Below are positions 1-9,827 of a stretch of 64,000 nucleotides of DNA, piece by piece. The stretch is taken from contig CBDDFZ010000001.1 in assembly GCA_965227515.1 (NCBI GenBank), forward strand, positions 736,001 to 800,000, written 5' to 3'. Position 1 is the stretch's first letter, and each line of letters starts with the position of its first letter. The notes under the pieces were generated by a model. It worked only from the letters and a program-made list of their open reading frames with translations. It had not been told where the DNA came from and did no database searches. Made by a program: the position numbers and the translations under genes. The stretch comes from Alphaproteobacteria bacterium (GTDB lineage: Bacteria > Pseudomonadota > Alphaproteobacteria > CALKHQ01).

Positions 1-10
1 GCCGCCGCAA

Positions 11-1237
11 CTACTTCTTCTTTTCTCGTCCCCCGAAAAGACTCAGTTTGTGCTTGCGCCGGCCTTCCTCCAGGCCGGCCGCAACACCTGTGATCTGGCG
101 CAGTCCTGCGCCGGTACGCGAACTCTTGGCGGTCAGGGCCAGGGGCTTTGCCCCATTGGCGATGGCCGCCGCTTTCGGATCTTCCGGAATGACCAGGTCG
201 ACCGACCCTTCCAGGTTGCGCTCGAAGTCGGCCTGGCTCAGCTCGTTGCGCTTGTTGACGCCCAGGCGGTTGACCACGATCTGGATATGGATGTCGGGCG
301 AGATCTTGCGGACCGCGTTGCGGATGCGCACCGTGTCGCGCAGGCCCGGCAACGTGAAATCGGTCACGATGACGACCGCGCTGGCGACGCTGAGCGCCGT
401 GGTGTCTTCCACCATCAGGTAGCGCGGCAGGTCGACCACCACCATTTCGAAGGCCTGCTGCAGCTCGTTCAGCAGGTAGGTGATGCCCTCGCCGCGTATC
501 GGCACGGTGTCGTCGACCGGCTCCTCGGAACTCAGCACATAGAGGTTGTCGCCGTCGTGCACCAGGGCGGAGGCGACGAACAGGCTGTCGATGCGATCGG
601 GGTTGGACAGCACGTCGCGCAGCCCGTGGCCGGGCTCAAGCTCCAGCATCAGGGCGGCGGTGCCGAAATGCATGTCCAGGTCGACCAGCGCGGTGCGCTG
701 CTTGTGCTCGTTGGCCAGCAGCCACGCCTGGTTGACGGCGATGGTGCTGGCGCCGACGCCGCCGCGGGTGCCGATGACGGCCATCACCCGGCCGCGCGGC
801 CCGACGTCCTGCTGTACGGCAGGCGCATCGTTGCTGGCGGTCAGGAGCGCGCGCCTGAGGTCGGTGCTGGTCAGCGGCTTGATCAGGTACTCGCTGACGC
901 CCGCGCTGACCAGGGCGCGATAGAGCGACACGTCGTTCTGGTTGCCGATGGCGATGACGGTGGTGTCGTTCGGCAGGATCTCGCGCACCTTGGCCAGGTC
1001 GGCCATCGGCGCCGGGGATTCGGAAATGTCGACCAGCAGCAGGTCGGGCGCCTGTTCGGCGTTCAGCGACCGGCACGCTGCCTCGACGCCGCCCTCGCAC
1101 ACCTCGACCCCGCGCCGGCCGCCCGGCACGACGCGGCTGACAACGTCCATGGTCGGATCGTCGCAAACGAACGCCAGCACCGGCGTGCGGCTGGCCGGAC
1201 GTTTGGAGTGTCCCATCGTGACTTCCGCCAGGCTCAT
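11..1237 (-). CDS. cpaE: Tad pilus assembly protein CpaE/TadZ (receiver-like domain + MinD/ParA-type ATPase)
   Basis: N-terminal 'PDLLLVDIS' receiver-like domain, deviant Walker A 'GTRGGVGAST', 'LVDLD' motif; downstream of cpaBCD. Confidence 0.9.
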   Translation of the reverse strand: MSLAEVTMGHSKRPASRTPVLAFVCDDPTMDVVSRVVPGGRRGVEVCEGGVEAACRSLNAEQAPDLLLVDISESPAPMADLAKVREILPNDTTVIAIGNQNDVSLYRALVSAGVSEYLIKPLTSTDLRRALLTASNDAPAVQQDVGPRGRVMAVIGTRGGVGASTIAVNQAWLLANEHKQRTALVDLDMHFGTAALMLELEPGHGLRDVLSNPDRIDSLFVASALVHDGDNLYVLSSEEPVDDTVPIRGEGITYLLNELQQAFEMVVVDLPRYLMVEDTTALSVASAVVIVTDFTLPGLRDTVRIRNAVRKISPDIHIQIVVNRLGVNKRNELSQADFERNLEGSVDLVIPEDPKAAAIANGAKPLALTAKSSRTGAGLRQITGVAAGLEEGRRKHKLSLFGGREKKK

Positions 1238-1908
1238 ATGCTGTTGTCCTCAGGTGCAACCAGAGGGGTAATCTCGCCGGTCCGGTATCGCACGATGCCG
1301 CCGATGGCGCTGTCGGTATCCACGCCCCAGGTCGCCGCGGGGCCGTCGATCAGCTCCTCGGGATTGGCCACCATCCGGCTGAGGTTCAGCGCATTGGCGC
1401 AGCCGAACGGCATCGACTGCCGGCCCTCGTAGCCGGGCAGCGTGTCGCCCAGGCAGGCGGTGGGCACATAGATCACGCGCTTGACCGTCACCACCACATT
1501 GTCCTGGCCGCTCAGGGAATCGACCATCGGCGTGATGCGGTGGCCGCGCAGCGCGAACGCCTCCACGACCGCGGCCGCGCGTTCCGGCCCCAGCGGGCCG
1601 CCGACGGTGGCGTACAGTTCGTCGTTCGCGGCGATGCCGTACTCGTCGATGAACATATTCAGGCGCACCATCTCGTCGAGCGACGGCTCCACCGCGCCCG
1701 GCGCGTACGCCACCATGTAGTCGATCTCGCTCTGGTACCACTCGAAGGCGTTGCTCGACGGCATGGCAGCGTCCAGCCGCGGGTCATAGGGCCCGCCCAC
1801 CGGATGCTTGAACTCGGAACACCCCGCGGCGGCAAGCCCGCCGGCGGCGACAACGACCAGTGATTTCAAGATGCGCACGTTCATCTGTCCTGCTCGGTAT
1901 CGGTTCAA
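1234..1908 (-). CDS. cpaD: Tad pilus lipoprotein CpaD-like
   Basis: Lipobox-like 'LAAAGC', C-terminal 'FGCANALNLSRMVANPEELI' motif; between cpaC and cpaE; true start may be 1884. Confidence 0.8.
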   Translation of the reverse strand: MNRYRAGQMNVRILKSLVVVAAGGLAAAGCSEFKHPVGGPYDPRLDAAMPSSNAFEWYQSEIDYMVAYAPGAVEPSLDEMVRLNMFIDEYGIAANDELYATVGGPLGPERAAAVVEAFALRGHRITPMVDSLSGQDNVVVTVKRVIYVPTACLGDTLPGYEGRQSMPFGCANALNLSRMVANPEELIDGPAATWGVDTDSAIGGIVRYRTGEITPLVAPEDNSI

Positions 1909-3326
1909 TTCAGGATGAAGCCCGCGCCGCCAACCAGCCCTTGCGGCTGGCCGGTGGCGGCACCGCGCCCGGCGGTGCCGATCGGCACGCTGGCGGCCGG
2001 CGGGTTGTCCAGCGCCGAGACGCCGCGGAACTCATCGGACGGGCTGACGATCGGCGCCTGGGTCGGCGGCTGCACCAGATAGGGGGTGATCACGATGACC
2101 AGCTCGGTCTCGTTGCGCTGGAACTCCTCGGACCGGAACAGCGCGCCCAGGATCGGGATGTCGCTGACGAACGGCAGGCCGCTCACCGTCTCGCTGCCGC
2201 TGTTCTGATACAGGCCGGCGATGGCGAAGCTCTGGCCGCTGCCCAGTTCCACCGTGGTCTCCGCGCGGCGGGTGATCAGCGACGGCACGTTGAAGCCGTT
2301 GAGCTGGACGCCGCCGTCAGGCGACAGGTCGCTCACCTCCGGGCGCACCCGCATGCTGATCAGATTGTCGGACAACAGGGTCGGCGTGAAGGCCAGCGAG
2401 ACGCCGAACTCACGGTACTGGATCGTGATGTCGCCGTTGTTGCCGGCCACCGGGATCGGGAACTCGCCGCCGGCCAGGAAGCTGGCGGTCTCGCCGGACA
2501 CCGCGGTCAGGTTCGGCTCGGCCAGGATGGTGACCATGCCCTCGTTTTCCAGCGCATCGATCATCGTGTTGATGTTGCGCCCGGTGCCCTGGTTGCCGAA
2601 GTACAGGCCGTAGCGGTCGCCGTTGCGGATCAGCTGGTTGGACTGGGTCTGGTTGTCGAACTGGATGAAGTCGAAGCCCTGGGCGATGCCGAACAGGAAC
2701 GTGCCCGGGTTGGTCAGGGTCTCCCAGTTGATGCCGAGCTGCTCGACGACATTGCGCTGCACCTCGGCGATCCGGACCCTGAGGTTGATCTGGTTGGGGC
2801 CGTGGACGCGCGCGCGGTTGATCACCTGGCCGTCCGGGCCGACGAACTCGCCGGCGATCAGGCTCAGATCGGCGGCCTCCACCGCGGAGTTCACCGCGCC
2901 GGTGATGACCAGGCTGTCCTCGACCGCGCTGACGACGACGGTGCTGTCGGGCGCGATGGCGTCGACGGCGGTTGCCAGCCGGCTGATGTTCGGGACCACC
3001 TGGATCGACAGGTTGGCGATGACCTGGTCGCCCTGGCCGACGGCATAGAGGTTGGTGTCGCCGGGGCCGACGCCATAGACATAGATCAGGGTCGGCGACA
3101 TCACCTCGACGTCGGCGATGTCCGGATTGGCGATGAACACGGTCGCGGCCGGCCGGTCCAGCTTGAAGAGCTGGCCCTTGTTGATCTCGAGGGCGACGGG
3201 GGTGACCTGCGCCTGCACGGCTTGCACCGACTGCGCCATAGCCGGCGCCACCGCCGCCATCAAGGCAGCGCAGATGACGGCCATAACGCCTATCACGCGG
3301 TCTGCACGCAGCATGGTCACTGCCAT
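1905..3326 (-). CDS. cpaC: Tad pilus secretin CpaC/RcpA
   Basis: Secretin motifs 'LAEPNLTAVSGETASFLAGGEFPIP', 'IPILGALFRS', 'ETELVIVITPYLV'. Confidence 0.95.
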   Translation of the reverse strand: MAVTMLRADRVIGVMAVICAALMAAVAPAMAQSVQAVQAQVTPVALEINKGQLFKLDRPAATVFIANPDIADVEVMSPTLIYVYGVGPGDTNLYAVGQGDQVIANLSIQVVPNISRLATAVDAIAPDSTVVVSAVEDSLVITGAVNSAVEAADLSLIAGEFVGPDGQVINRARVHGPNQINLRVRIAEVQRNVVEQLGINWETLTNPGTFLFGIAQGFDFIQFDNQTQSNQLIRNGDRYGLYFGNQGTGRNINTMIDALENEGMVTILAEPNLTAVSGETASFLAGGEFPIPVAGNNGDITIQYREFGVSLAFTPTLLSDNLISMRVRPEVSDLSPDGGVQLNGFNVPSLITRRAETTVELGSGQSFAIAGLYQNSGSETVSGLPFVSDIPILGALFRSEEFQRNETELVIVITPYLVQPPTQAPIVSPSDEFRGVSALDNPPAASVPIGTAGRGAATGQPQGLVGGAGFILN

Positions 3327-3347
3327 CGAAAGTCCTCCGGGGGGCTA

Positions 3348-4298
3348 CTATTCGTCGCCGTCGCGGCCCGAGCCGCCACGGAAAATAATCACTGTCGGTT
3401 CTGCGTCCGGCGCCGGCTCGTCGGCCGAGACCTGGTTCTCGTCGGCCGGGCCAAGCAGGATCGACACATCGGAATCGAGGGTGAAGGTCTGGCCTTCGTA
3501 CGTGCGCTGCTCGGGGGCATCGGCGCCACCCAGGCCGGCCAGGGAACTGGCGATGCGGTCCATGAACGAGTCATCGTCGCCCTGCGCGCCCTCTGCGTTC
3601 GCCGAGGCGGGCACCTCGGCCAGGCTGCGCAGGCTGAGCGACAGCGAGCCGAGCTGCAGCATCACGCGCACCTTCTCGGCCTGCTCCGGCGTCACTTCCA
3701 GGGTGGCGGTATTGGCGAGCACGGGGCCGGCGGACTGCTCCACCATCTGGTCGATGGCGAGCACGCGCACATCGGTCAGCACGGTCTCGCTGGCACGGCG
3801 CACCTGCACGCCCTCCGCCGTATCCTGGCGCACGGCATGGGTCAGGATCACGTCGACGCGGTCGCCCGGGAACACCAGGCCGGCGATGCCGGACGTCTCG
3901 TCGACCGGGACGGAGATCGCGCGCATGCCGGGGGTCAGCACGGCGGCGAGGAAGCCACGGTCGCCGGGCTTAACCACGCGGTTCAGGGTGATCGGCTCGC
4001 CTTCGGCAACGCCGGTGCGCACCACCGAGCCGATGAAATCGTCGATGACCATTTCGCCCTGCTCGATATAGGCGTCGGCCACGTTGTCCAGCGGCCACGG
4101 CTGCCAGCGCAGGTCTTCCGGTTTCACGAACCGGCCCGCCGACATCGGCTCCACGGCCACCAGGACCTCGGTCGCCTCGACCTCGACACGTTGGACTTCG
4201 CTGGCGGCAGCGCGCTCGTTGGCAAGCCACTCGCGCGCGAAATAGATCGTGGCACCACCCACGATCACAGCCAACAGTCCCAAAATTGCGACCCGCAT
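3348..4298 (-). CDS. cpaB: Flp pilus assembly protein CpaB/RcpC (SAF domain)
   Basis: 'GMRAISVPVDETSGIAGLVFPGDRVDVILT', 'DVRVLAIDQ', 'TATLEVTPEQAEK'. Confidence 0.95.
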   Translation of the reverse strand: MRVAILGLLAVIVGGATIYFAREWLANERAAASEVQRVEVEATEVLVAVEPMSAGRFVKPEDLRWQPWPLDNVADAYIEQGEMVIDDFIGSVVRTGVAEGEPITLNRVVKPGDRGFLAAVLTPGMRAISVPVDETSGIAGLVFPGDRVDVILTHAVRQDTAEGVQVRRASETVLTDVRVLAIDQMVEQSAGPVLANTATLEVTPEQAEKVRVMLQLGSLSLSLRSLAEVPASANAEGAQGDDDSFMDRIASSLAGLGGADAPEQRTYEGQTFTLDSDVSILLGPADENQVSADEPAPDAEPTVIIFRGGSGRDGDE

Positions 4299-4350
4299 GA
4301 AGTCTAACTCCTCGACTGGGCGCCTATTCCTGCGCGCCCGGCCTCTCGCT

Positions 4351-5079
4351 CTACGATGCAGCCACCGTGGTTAACAATTTGTAAGCCACGGCCAGTGCGC
4401 CGCATCCGATTGCAACGCCATACGGGACCGGATGCTTCAACGGCCCCGCCTTCCTGGCGCCCCCCATTTCGGCGCCACCAGTCTCGGCACTCGCCGTATC
4501 CGTCTCGGACGGCGGCGCGCCATTCGGCCGCCTGTCCATCGACGAATGCGCGTCCGATGAACGTGCGGCAGACGTATTCGTCCGGCCGGCCGAGGTCGAT
4601 GTTTCGATGACAGGCGCTGGCGATGCGGATACTGACCGCACACGGTCCCAGCACCTTTGGCCCCACAAGACAAACATGGTTAATATAGGCTGACCGGCCA
4701 TAGAAGGTGCGATTTTTATTGCCAGCAGGATCACAATTCCCAGAGCACCGCCGACGACGGCGGTGACCAGCGCAAAAAGCACCGCATGATCCGGGCCCGC
4801 CCACAGGGCAATGGCCGCGATCAGCTTGGCGTCGCCGGCCCCGAACAGGCGGGCGGCGAAGCAGGCAAACCCGATAACCAGCGCGATGGCGCCGACGGCA
4901 AGTCCCCACCGCGGATCGACAGCCGGCCAGGCCGCGATCACCAATGCCGGATAGAGCAGCGCGATCGCCGCGCAGATGCGGTTCGGAATCTTGTAGGCCG
5001 CGACGTCGCAGGCGACAGCCCACAGAACGAGCGCGACGAACAGGCAGATGACGACCGTTTCTATCGACAATGGCGGCAT
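4351..5079 (-). CDS. cpaA: Prepilin peptidase CpaA/TadV (A24 family) with internal hydrophilic insertion
   Basis: 'DVAAYKIPN', 'FGAGDAKL' aspartate motifs, C-terminal 'VPYGVAI'; start at MPPLSIE is inferred. Confidence 0.85.
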   Translation of the reverse strand: MPPLSIETVVICLFVALVLWAVACDVAAYKIPNRICAAIALLYPALVIAAWPAVDPRWGLAVGAIALVIGFACFAARLFGAGDAKLIAAIALWAGPDHAVLFALVTAVVGGALGIVILLAIKIAPSMAGQPILTMFVLWGQRCWDRVRSVSASPAPVIETSTSAGRTNTSAARSSDAHSSMDRRPNGAPPSETDTASAETGGAEMGGARKAGPLKHPVPYGVAIGCGALAVAYKLLTTVAAS

Positions 5080-5299
5080 GGCAATGGCGAAATCCCGTCC
5101 CGGTCGCCGTGGGGGACATCCGGGACATGCGTGGTTCCTGGGCTCAACAGGTCGAGCCCGAGTACACCACAAGAGTGTTAACCACAAAAGAATGTGGCCG
5201 CCTTGAGGCAAGGACCGGTCCGGTCCGACTTTGCCGCACGGCGCAACGCATGCTCCCCCGCCTGCGATCTGCCTCCCTCGGTCAGGTTCAACTAACGCC

Positions 5300-5461
5300 T
5301 AGAGCATGATCATCTAAGTCGGCATCGGCCCTCTCCCATTTCCATGCGGTCGCGCATCCGCGCTCCCTTTTGGCACCCGGCCGCCCAACGACAGTATCCG
5401 GCTGGGTGGCCGGGTGGGGGAGAGGGCTGGCGCAGATTCAGCGTAAGCTGATCCCGATCTA
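5300..5461. repeat. TAGAGC...GATCTA palindromic MITE-like element, copy 1
   Basis: Shares long blocks with 21316-21441, 36513-36641 (inverted) and 56959-57020; imperfect terminal inverted repeats. Confidence 0.8.
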
Positions 5462-5625
5462 ATCTGCGCCAGCCCGTTGCGTGGCCCGCAAACGACCGAA
5501 CCGGCTGCCCGTACCGCCCGTGCTAGCGGAAGGTCGGACAGCCGGCTGGCCATGCATTCGGGCGGCGCAGGATGAAACTGGGGAAGGGCGCGCCGCCCGA
5601 TGTTGTCTTGCGTTATCCGGACATC

Positions 5626-5656
5626 CGCGCCGGGGGAGGTTGGTCGACCCGGCGCG
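5626..5656 (-). terminator. GC-rich hairpin downstream of the pilin gene (possible terminator or mRNA stabiliser)
   Basis: CGCGCCGGG...CCCGGCGCG about 20 bp after the pilA stop; no strong U-tract. Confidence 0.35.
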
Positions 5657-5675
5657 AAGTGTCTCAGGCCTTGGC

Positions 5676-5882
5676 TTAGGCGCCGGAGCCCGTGCCGGTG
5701 CCGGAACCGGAAACAGCGCTGTCCAGCTCGGTCGAGACGGTGGAGAACATGGTCTCCAGGCTGTCGCCCATGGTGGCCAGGGCGCCGATGGCGGCGACGG
5801 AGACCAGGGCGGCGATCAGGCCGTACTCGATGGCGGTGGCGCCGTCTTCGTTGGCAGCGAACTTCTTGAACAACTGGATCAT
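5676..5882 (-). CDS. pilA: Flp family type IVb pilin
   Basis: 'NEDGATAIEYGLIAALVSVAAI' Flp motif; RBS AAGGAG upstream. Confidence 0.95.
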   Translation of the reverse strand: MIQLFKKFAANEDGATAIEYGLIAALVSVAAIGALATMGDSLETMFSTVSTELDSAVSGSGTGTGSGA

Positions 5883-5946
5883 CTGGGTAACTCCTTAGCA
5901 CAGGTGGATCGGTGCGTTCCGATGACCTGAGAATGCGCCAGAAGTT

Positions 5947-5962
5947 CTAAAAGTGTCTTAAC
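5947..5962. promoter_or_regulatory. Putative CtrA-binding site upstream of pilA
   Basis: CTAA-AAGTGTC-TTAAC, one mismatch to TTAA-N7-TTAAC, in the AT-rich pilA upstream region. Confidence 0.55.
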
Positions 5963-6097
5963 GCGAAAGTACAAAATGATACAAATCGAACAATCGAAAA
6001 GTATTCGATCAGTCTAATCAAAATAGAGAAGCATTTTATCTTTCGGCACTTGCCTCAAATTTTAGGCAAATTTCTGGTGCCGGGGCGTAGGGCGGTT

Positions 6098-7273
6098 TCA
6101 CCCGTTGCTGAACAGGACACGCGCCACATCGGTGAAGGTCTCCGCGCCGGTCTCGCCGACGGCGAAGCTCTCGGAGATCGTCAGCCCATAGCGCTCCATC
6201 CAGATCGCCGGTATGCAGTGGAATGTCATGCCGGGCTCCAGCACCGTCTCGTCGCCGGCGCGCAGCGAGCAGGTCAGCTCGCCCCAGGTCGGCGGGTAGC
6301 CGATGCCGACCGGATAGCCGATGCGGCTGTCCTTCTCGATGCCATGGCGGGCGATGACGGCGCGCCACGCCTCGGCCAGGTCGGCACAGACGCGGCCGGG
6401 CCGCACCGCCTCCAGCACCGCGTTCAGGCCCTCGGCAATCACCTTGGCCACGTCGGTCATCGCAGGCTCCGGCGGGCCGACCGTGACGCAGCGCGACAGC
6501 GGCACGTGATAGCGTTGCCGGCAGCCGCCGAGCTCGATGTAGTAGAGGTCGCCCTCGACCAGCGGATCGTCGGTCCACGACAGGTGCGGCGCCGCGCACA
6601 TATCGCCGACCATCGCGTTCGGCGGCTTGCAGGTGAAGGTGCCGCCGACGTCCGCGATGCCGCCGGTGGTGATCCGGTAGGTCTCGGCCATCACGTCGCA
6701 CTGGCGCACGCCCACCTGGGCGGCGGCGACGCTGGCGTCCATGGCGGCGGTGGCGATCCGGCCCGCCTCGCGCATGTAGGCGAGCTCCTGGGCGGACTTC
6801 ACCATCCGGCAGCGGTTGACCAGCAGGAAGGCATCGACCAGGTCGGCATTGGGCAGGCCCGCGGTCAGGATCGCGTGCCAGCGCGCGGTGTAATAATAGT
6901 CGTCCATCTCCACGCCGATGCGGCCGGTATCCCAGCCCCGTTCGGCCAGGATCTCGACCAGCCGGTCCATCGGGTGGCGCTCGGCGGAGGCGACGTAGTT
7001 GTCCGGATAGGGGACGATCTTGTCGTCGTCCATATAGACCGTGCGCTCCGCCCCGGCGGCATCCATGGCCCGGCCGAACCAGATCGGGTCGCCCTCGCCC
7101 GGCACGATCACCATCTGCGGCGTGTAGAACGACCAGCCGTCGTAACCGGTCAGCCAGAACTGGTTGGCCGGGCTGGCGACCAGCAGCAGGTCCAGCCCGC
7201 GCTTGGCCATGGCGGTGCGCACGCGGGCCAGCCGGCCTTCGAATTCGGCGCGGGTGAAGAGTGCGTTGGTCAC
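6098..7273 (-). CDS. M24 family hydrolase, ectoine hydrolase (EutD/DoeA)-like
   Basis: 'FTRAEFEGRL...WLTGYDGWSFY', 'APHLSW', 'LEPGMTFHCIP'; GTG start overlaps the upstream stop. Confidence 0.8.
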   Translation of the reverse strand: MTNALFTRAEFEGRLARVRTAMAKRGLDLLLVASPANQFWLTGYDGWSFYTPQMVIVPGEGDPIWFGRAMDAAGAERTVYMDDDKIVPYPDNYVASAERHPMDRLVEILAERGWDTGRIGVEMDDYYYTARWHAILTAGLPNADLVDAFLLVNRCRMVKSAQELAYMREAGRIATAAMDASVAAAQVGVRQCDVMAETYRITTGGIADVGGTFTCKPPNAMVGDMCAAPHLSWTDDPLVEGDLYYIELGGCRQRYHVPLSRCVTVGPPEPAMTDVAKVIAEGLNAVLEAVRPGRVCADLAEAWRAVIARHGIEKDSRIGYPVGIGYPPTWGELTCSLRAGDETVLEPGMTFHCIPAIWMERYGLTISESFAVGETGAETFTDVARVLFSNG

Positions 7274-8055
7274 CACGCACCCCTCGGATCGCGTAGCCAC
7301 GGATCGAACCTTGGCGGCATCAGGCCGGCCTGGAACCACTGCACGAACGTAAAGATCGAGAACACCGGCACGCCATAGCGGCGGCGGATGGCAGCGGCGT
7401 AGGGCATCATGTTGGTGCACTCCAGCACGATGGCGCCGATGTCCGCGTGGTTGTCCATCAGGTCGGCGGCGGCGTCGAGCAGGTCGAGCTCGGCGAGGTC
7501 GCGGTCGAAGTCGGCCTCGTCGTCCAGGATTACCCGGTTGAACTCGCGCCCGTTGTCGGTGCCGACGATGGGGGTGTCCAGCGGCACGTTGGCCGCCCGC
7601 AGGTGCGCCTCGGTCAGCGACGCCTTGTCGATGGTGATCACCCCCACCCGCTTGCCGGGCGGCAGCATCGCCTGGGCCATCGGCACCTGCATCAGCGAGG
7701 ATGAGGCTACCGGCACTTGCACCGCTTCGGTCAGGGTGTCCTGGAACAGCGACAGGAACCCGCAGGTGGTGGTCAGCCCGTCGGCGCCGGTCGCGACCAG
7801 CTCGCGCGCGGCCTCGATGAAGGCGTCTTCCAGCCCCGCCGCCTGGTGGCGCACCACATGGTCCGGCGAGGCCCCCTTCACCTGCTTGTAGAGCACCGGG
7901 AACGGCCAGGTGAAGGCGTTGCCCATGTCGCCCGGTATGCGCGGGAAGCGGGTCTCCAGCATCAGGATGCCGACGACGGCGCCATAGACGGTCTTGCCGC
8001 CCGGCTGCTTGCCAAGAGAGGTCGCGCTCGGCGCGTGCGTGCCCTGGATTGTCAT
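7270..8055 (-). CDS. Asp/Glu/hydantoin racemase family protein
   Basis: 'GILMLETRFPRIPGDMGN', 'TTTCGF', 'IVLECTNM' paired Cys motifs. Confidence 0.85.
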   Translation of the reverse strand: MTIQGTHAPSATSLGKQPGGKTVYGAVVGILMLETRFPRIPGDMGNAFTWPFPVLYKQVKGASPDHVVRHQAAGLEDAFIEAARELVATGADGLTTTCGFLSLFQDTLTEAVQVPVASSSLMQVPMAQAMLPPGKRVGVITIDKASLTEAHLRAANVPLDTPIVGTDNGREFNRVILDDEADFDRDLAELDLLDAAADLMDNHADIGAIVLECTNMMPYAAAIRRRYGVPVFSIFTFVQWFQAGLMPPRFDPWLRDPRGAW

Positions 8056-8123
8056 TGTACCTCCCCGATTGGCTTGCCCTGGCGGGAAATGTATACCGGA
8101 TCGTCAAGGGAAGGGGATGGCTG

Positions 8124-9827
8124 ATGCCACATGAGGGGTCCAACGCGCCGAACGGGGCCGAGGCGCTGGTCGAGATGCTGCGCCTGCATGGCGTCAGGCA
8201 CATCTTCGGCCTGTGCGGCGACACCTCGCTGCCGTTCTACGACGCGCTCGCCCGGCTCGATCACGGCATCACGCACATCCTCACCCGCGACGAGCGCCAC
8301 GCCGCCTACATGGCCGATGCCTATGCCCGGGTGACCGGCCGGGTCGGCGTTTGCGAGGGGCCGAGCGGCGGCGGCGCCACCTACATCCTGCCCGGCGTGG
8401 TGGAGGCGAACGAAAGCTCCGTCCCGGTGCTGGCGATCACCACCGATGTGTCCACCGCCTCGCGCGGCCGCTTCCCGCTGACCGAGCTGGCGCAGGACCA
8501 GCTCTTCCGCCCGCTGACCAAGTGGAACGGCATGCTGGACCGTGCCGACCGGCTGCCGGCGCAGGTGCGCGCGGCGTTTCGCGCCATGACCACGGGGCGG
8601 CCGGGTGCCGCCCATCTCGGCCTGCCGTTCGACACCCAGGTGGCGCAGGTGCCGCCGGAGGAGCTGTGGGCACAGCCGGAGCTGGGCCGCTATCCGGCGT
8701 GGCCGGCAGCCCCCGATCCCGACGCCGTCGATGCGTTCATCGAGCGCCTGCTGGCGGCGAAGCGGCCGGTGATCGTCTGCGGCGGCGGCGCGGTGATCGC
8801 CGGCGCGGAGGCCGCCCTTGCCCGGCTCGCCGAGCGGCTGAACCTGGTCGTCGCCACTACCATCAGCGGCCAAGGCGCGCTGGCCGCCGGCGATGCCAAT
8901 TGCCTGGGCGTCGTCGGCAGCAATGGCGGCACCCCGGCCACCCGCAAGGTAGTGGACGGTGCGGACCTGGTGGTCTTCATCGGCTGCCGGGCCGGATCGG
9001 TGACCACCGAGCGCTGGCGCAGCCCCGGCCCCGGCGTGGCGGTCATGCACATCGACGCCGACCCGATGGCGATCTCGGCCAACTATCGCACCGACGTGGC
9101 GCTGGTCGCCGATGCCCGCCTCGCCCTGGAGGCGATCAACGACACGCTCGATATTGCCGATGCCACGGCGCCTGATTTCGGCGGCGCGGCACTCGTTGCG
9201 GAAGCGAAACGAGAGAAGTTCGCCGCGTTCGAGAAACTGGCCAACAGCGACGACACGCCGATCAAGCCGGAGCGCACGGTGGCCGCGCTTGCCGCCACCT
9301 TGCCCGACGACGCCATCGTCACCGCCGATCCCGGCACGCCATGCCCGTATCTGTCCGCCTATTTCGAGGCGAAGCTGCCGGGCCGGCGCTTCATTACCAA
9401 CCGGGCGCACGGGGCGCTTGGCTACGCGCTGCCGGCCGCCATCGGCGCCAAGGTGGGCCAACCCGATGCGCCGGTGGTCGCGGTGATGGGCGACGGCAGC
9501 TTCGGCTTCGCGGTCGGCGAGTTCGAGACCGTGGTCCGCCTCGGCCTGCCGATCAAGGTGGTGGTGTTCTCCAACGCCGTGTTCGGCTGGATCAAGGCGG
9601 GGCAGAAGGTGGGCTACGACGAGCGCTATTTCTCGGTCGACTTCGGGCGCACCGACCACGCGGCGGTTGCCGCCGCCTATGGGCTGAAGACCTGGCGGGT
9701 GGAGGCGCCCGGCGACCTGTCGGCGACTCTGTCGGCGGCGCTGGCCCACGACGGCCCGGCGCTGGTCGACGTGATCAGCCAGCCCCTGCACGAGGCCCGC
9801 GCCCCGGTCAGCGAGTGGGTGGCGTGA
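8124..9827 (+). CDS. Thiamine-diphosphate-dependent enzyme (acetolactate synthase-like)
   Basis: 'RDERHAAYMADAYAR', ThDP motif 'GDGSFGF...N'. Confidence 0.9.
   Translation: MPHEGSNAPNGAEALVEMLRLHGVRHIFGLCGDTSLPFYDALARLDHGITHILTRDERHAAYMADAYARVTGRVGVCEGPSGGGATYILPGVVEANESSVPVLAITTDVSTASRGRFPLTELAQDQLFRPLTKWNGMLDRADRLPAQVRAAFRAMTTGRPGAAHLGLPFDTQVAQVPPEELWAQPELGRYPAWPAAPDPDAVDAFIERLLAAKRPVIVCGGGAVIAGAEAALARLAERLNLVVATTISGQGALAAGDANCLGVVGSNGGTPATRKVVDGADLVVFIGCRAGSVTTERWRSPGPGVAVMHIDADPMAISANYRTDVALVADARLALEAINDTLDIADATAPDFGGAALVAEAKREKFAAFEKLANSDDTPIKPERTVAALAATLPDDAIVTADPGTPCPYLSAYFEAKLPGRRFITNRAHGALGYALPAAIGAKVGQPDAPVVAVMGDGSFGFAVGEFETVVRLGLPIKVVVFSNAVFGWIKAGQKVGYDERYFSVDFGRTDHAAVAAAYGLKTWRVEAPGDLSATLSAALAHDGPALVDVISQPLHEARAPVSEWVA

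Noticed and set aside
6098-8224. 708-aa ORF as one fused protein
   Set aside because: The N-terminal part is an off-frame shadow of the racemase gene; the real gene starts at GTG 7273.
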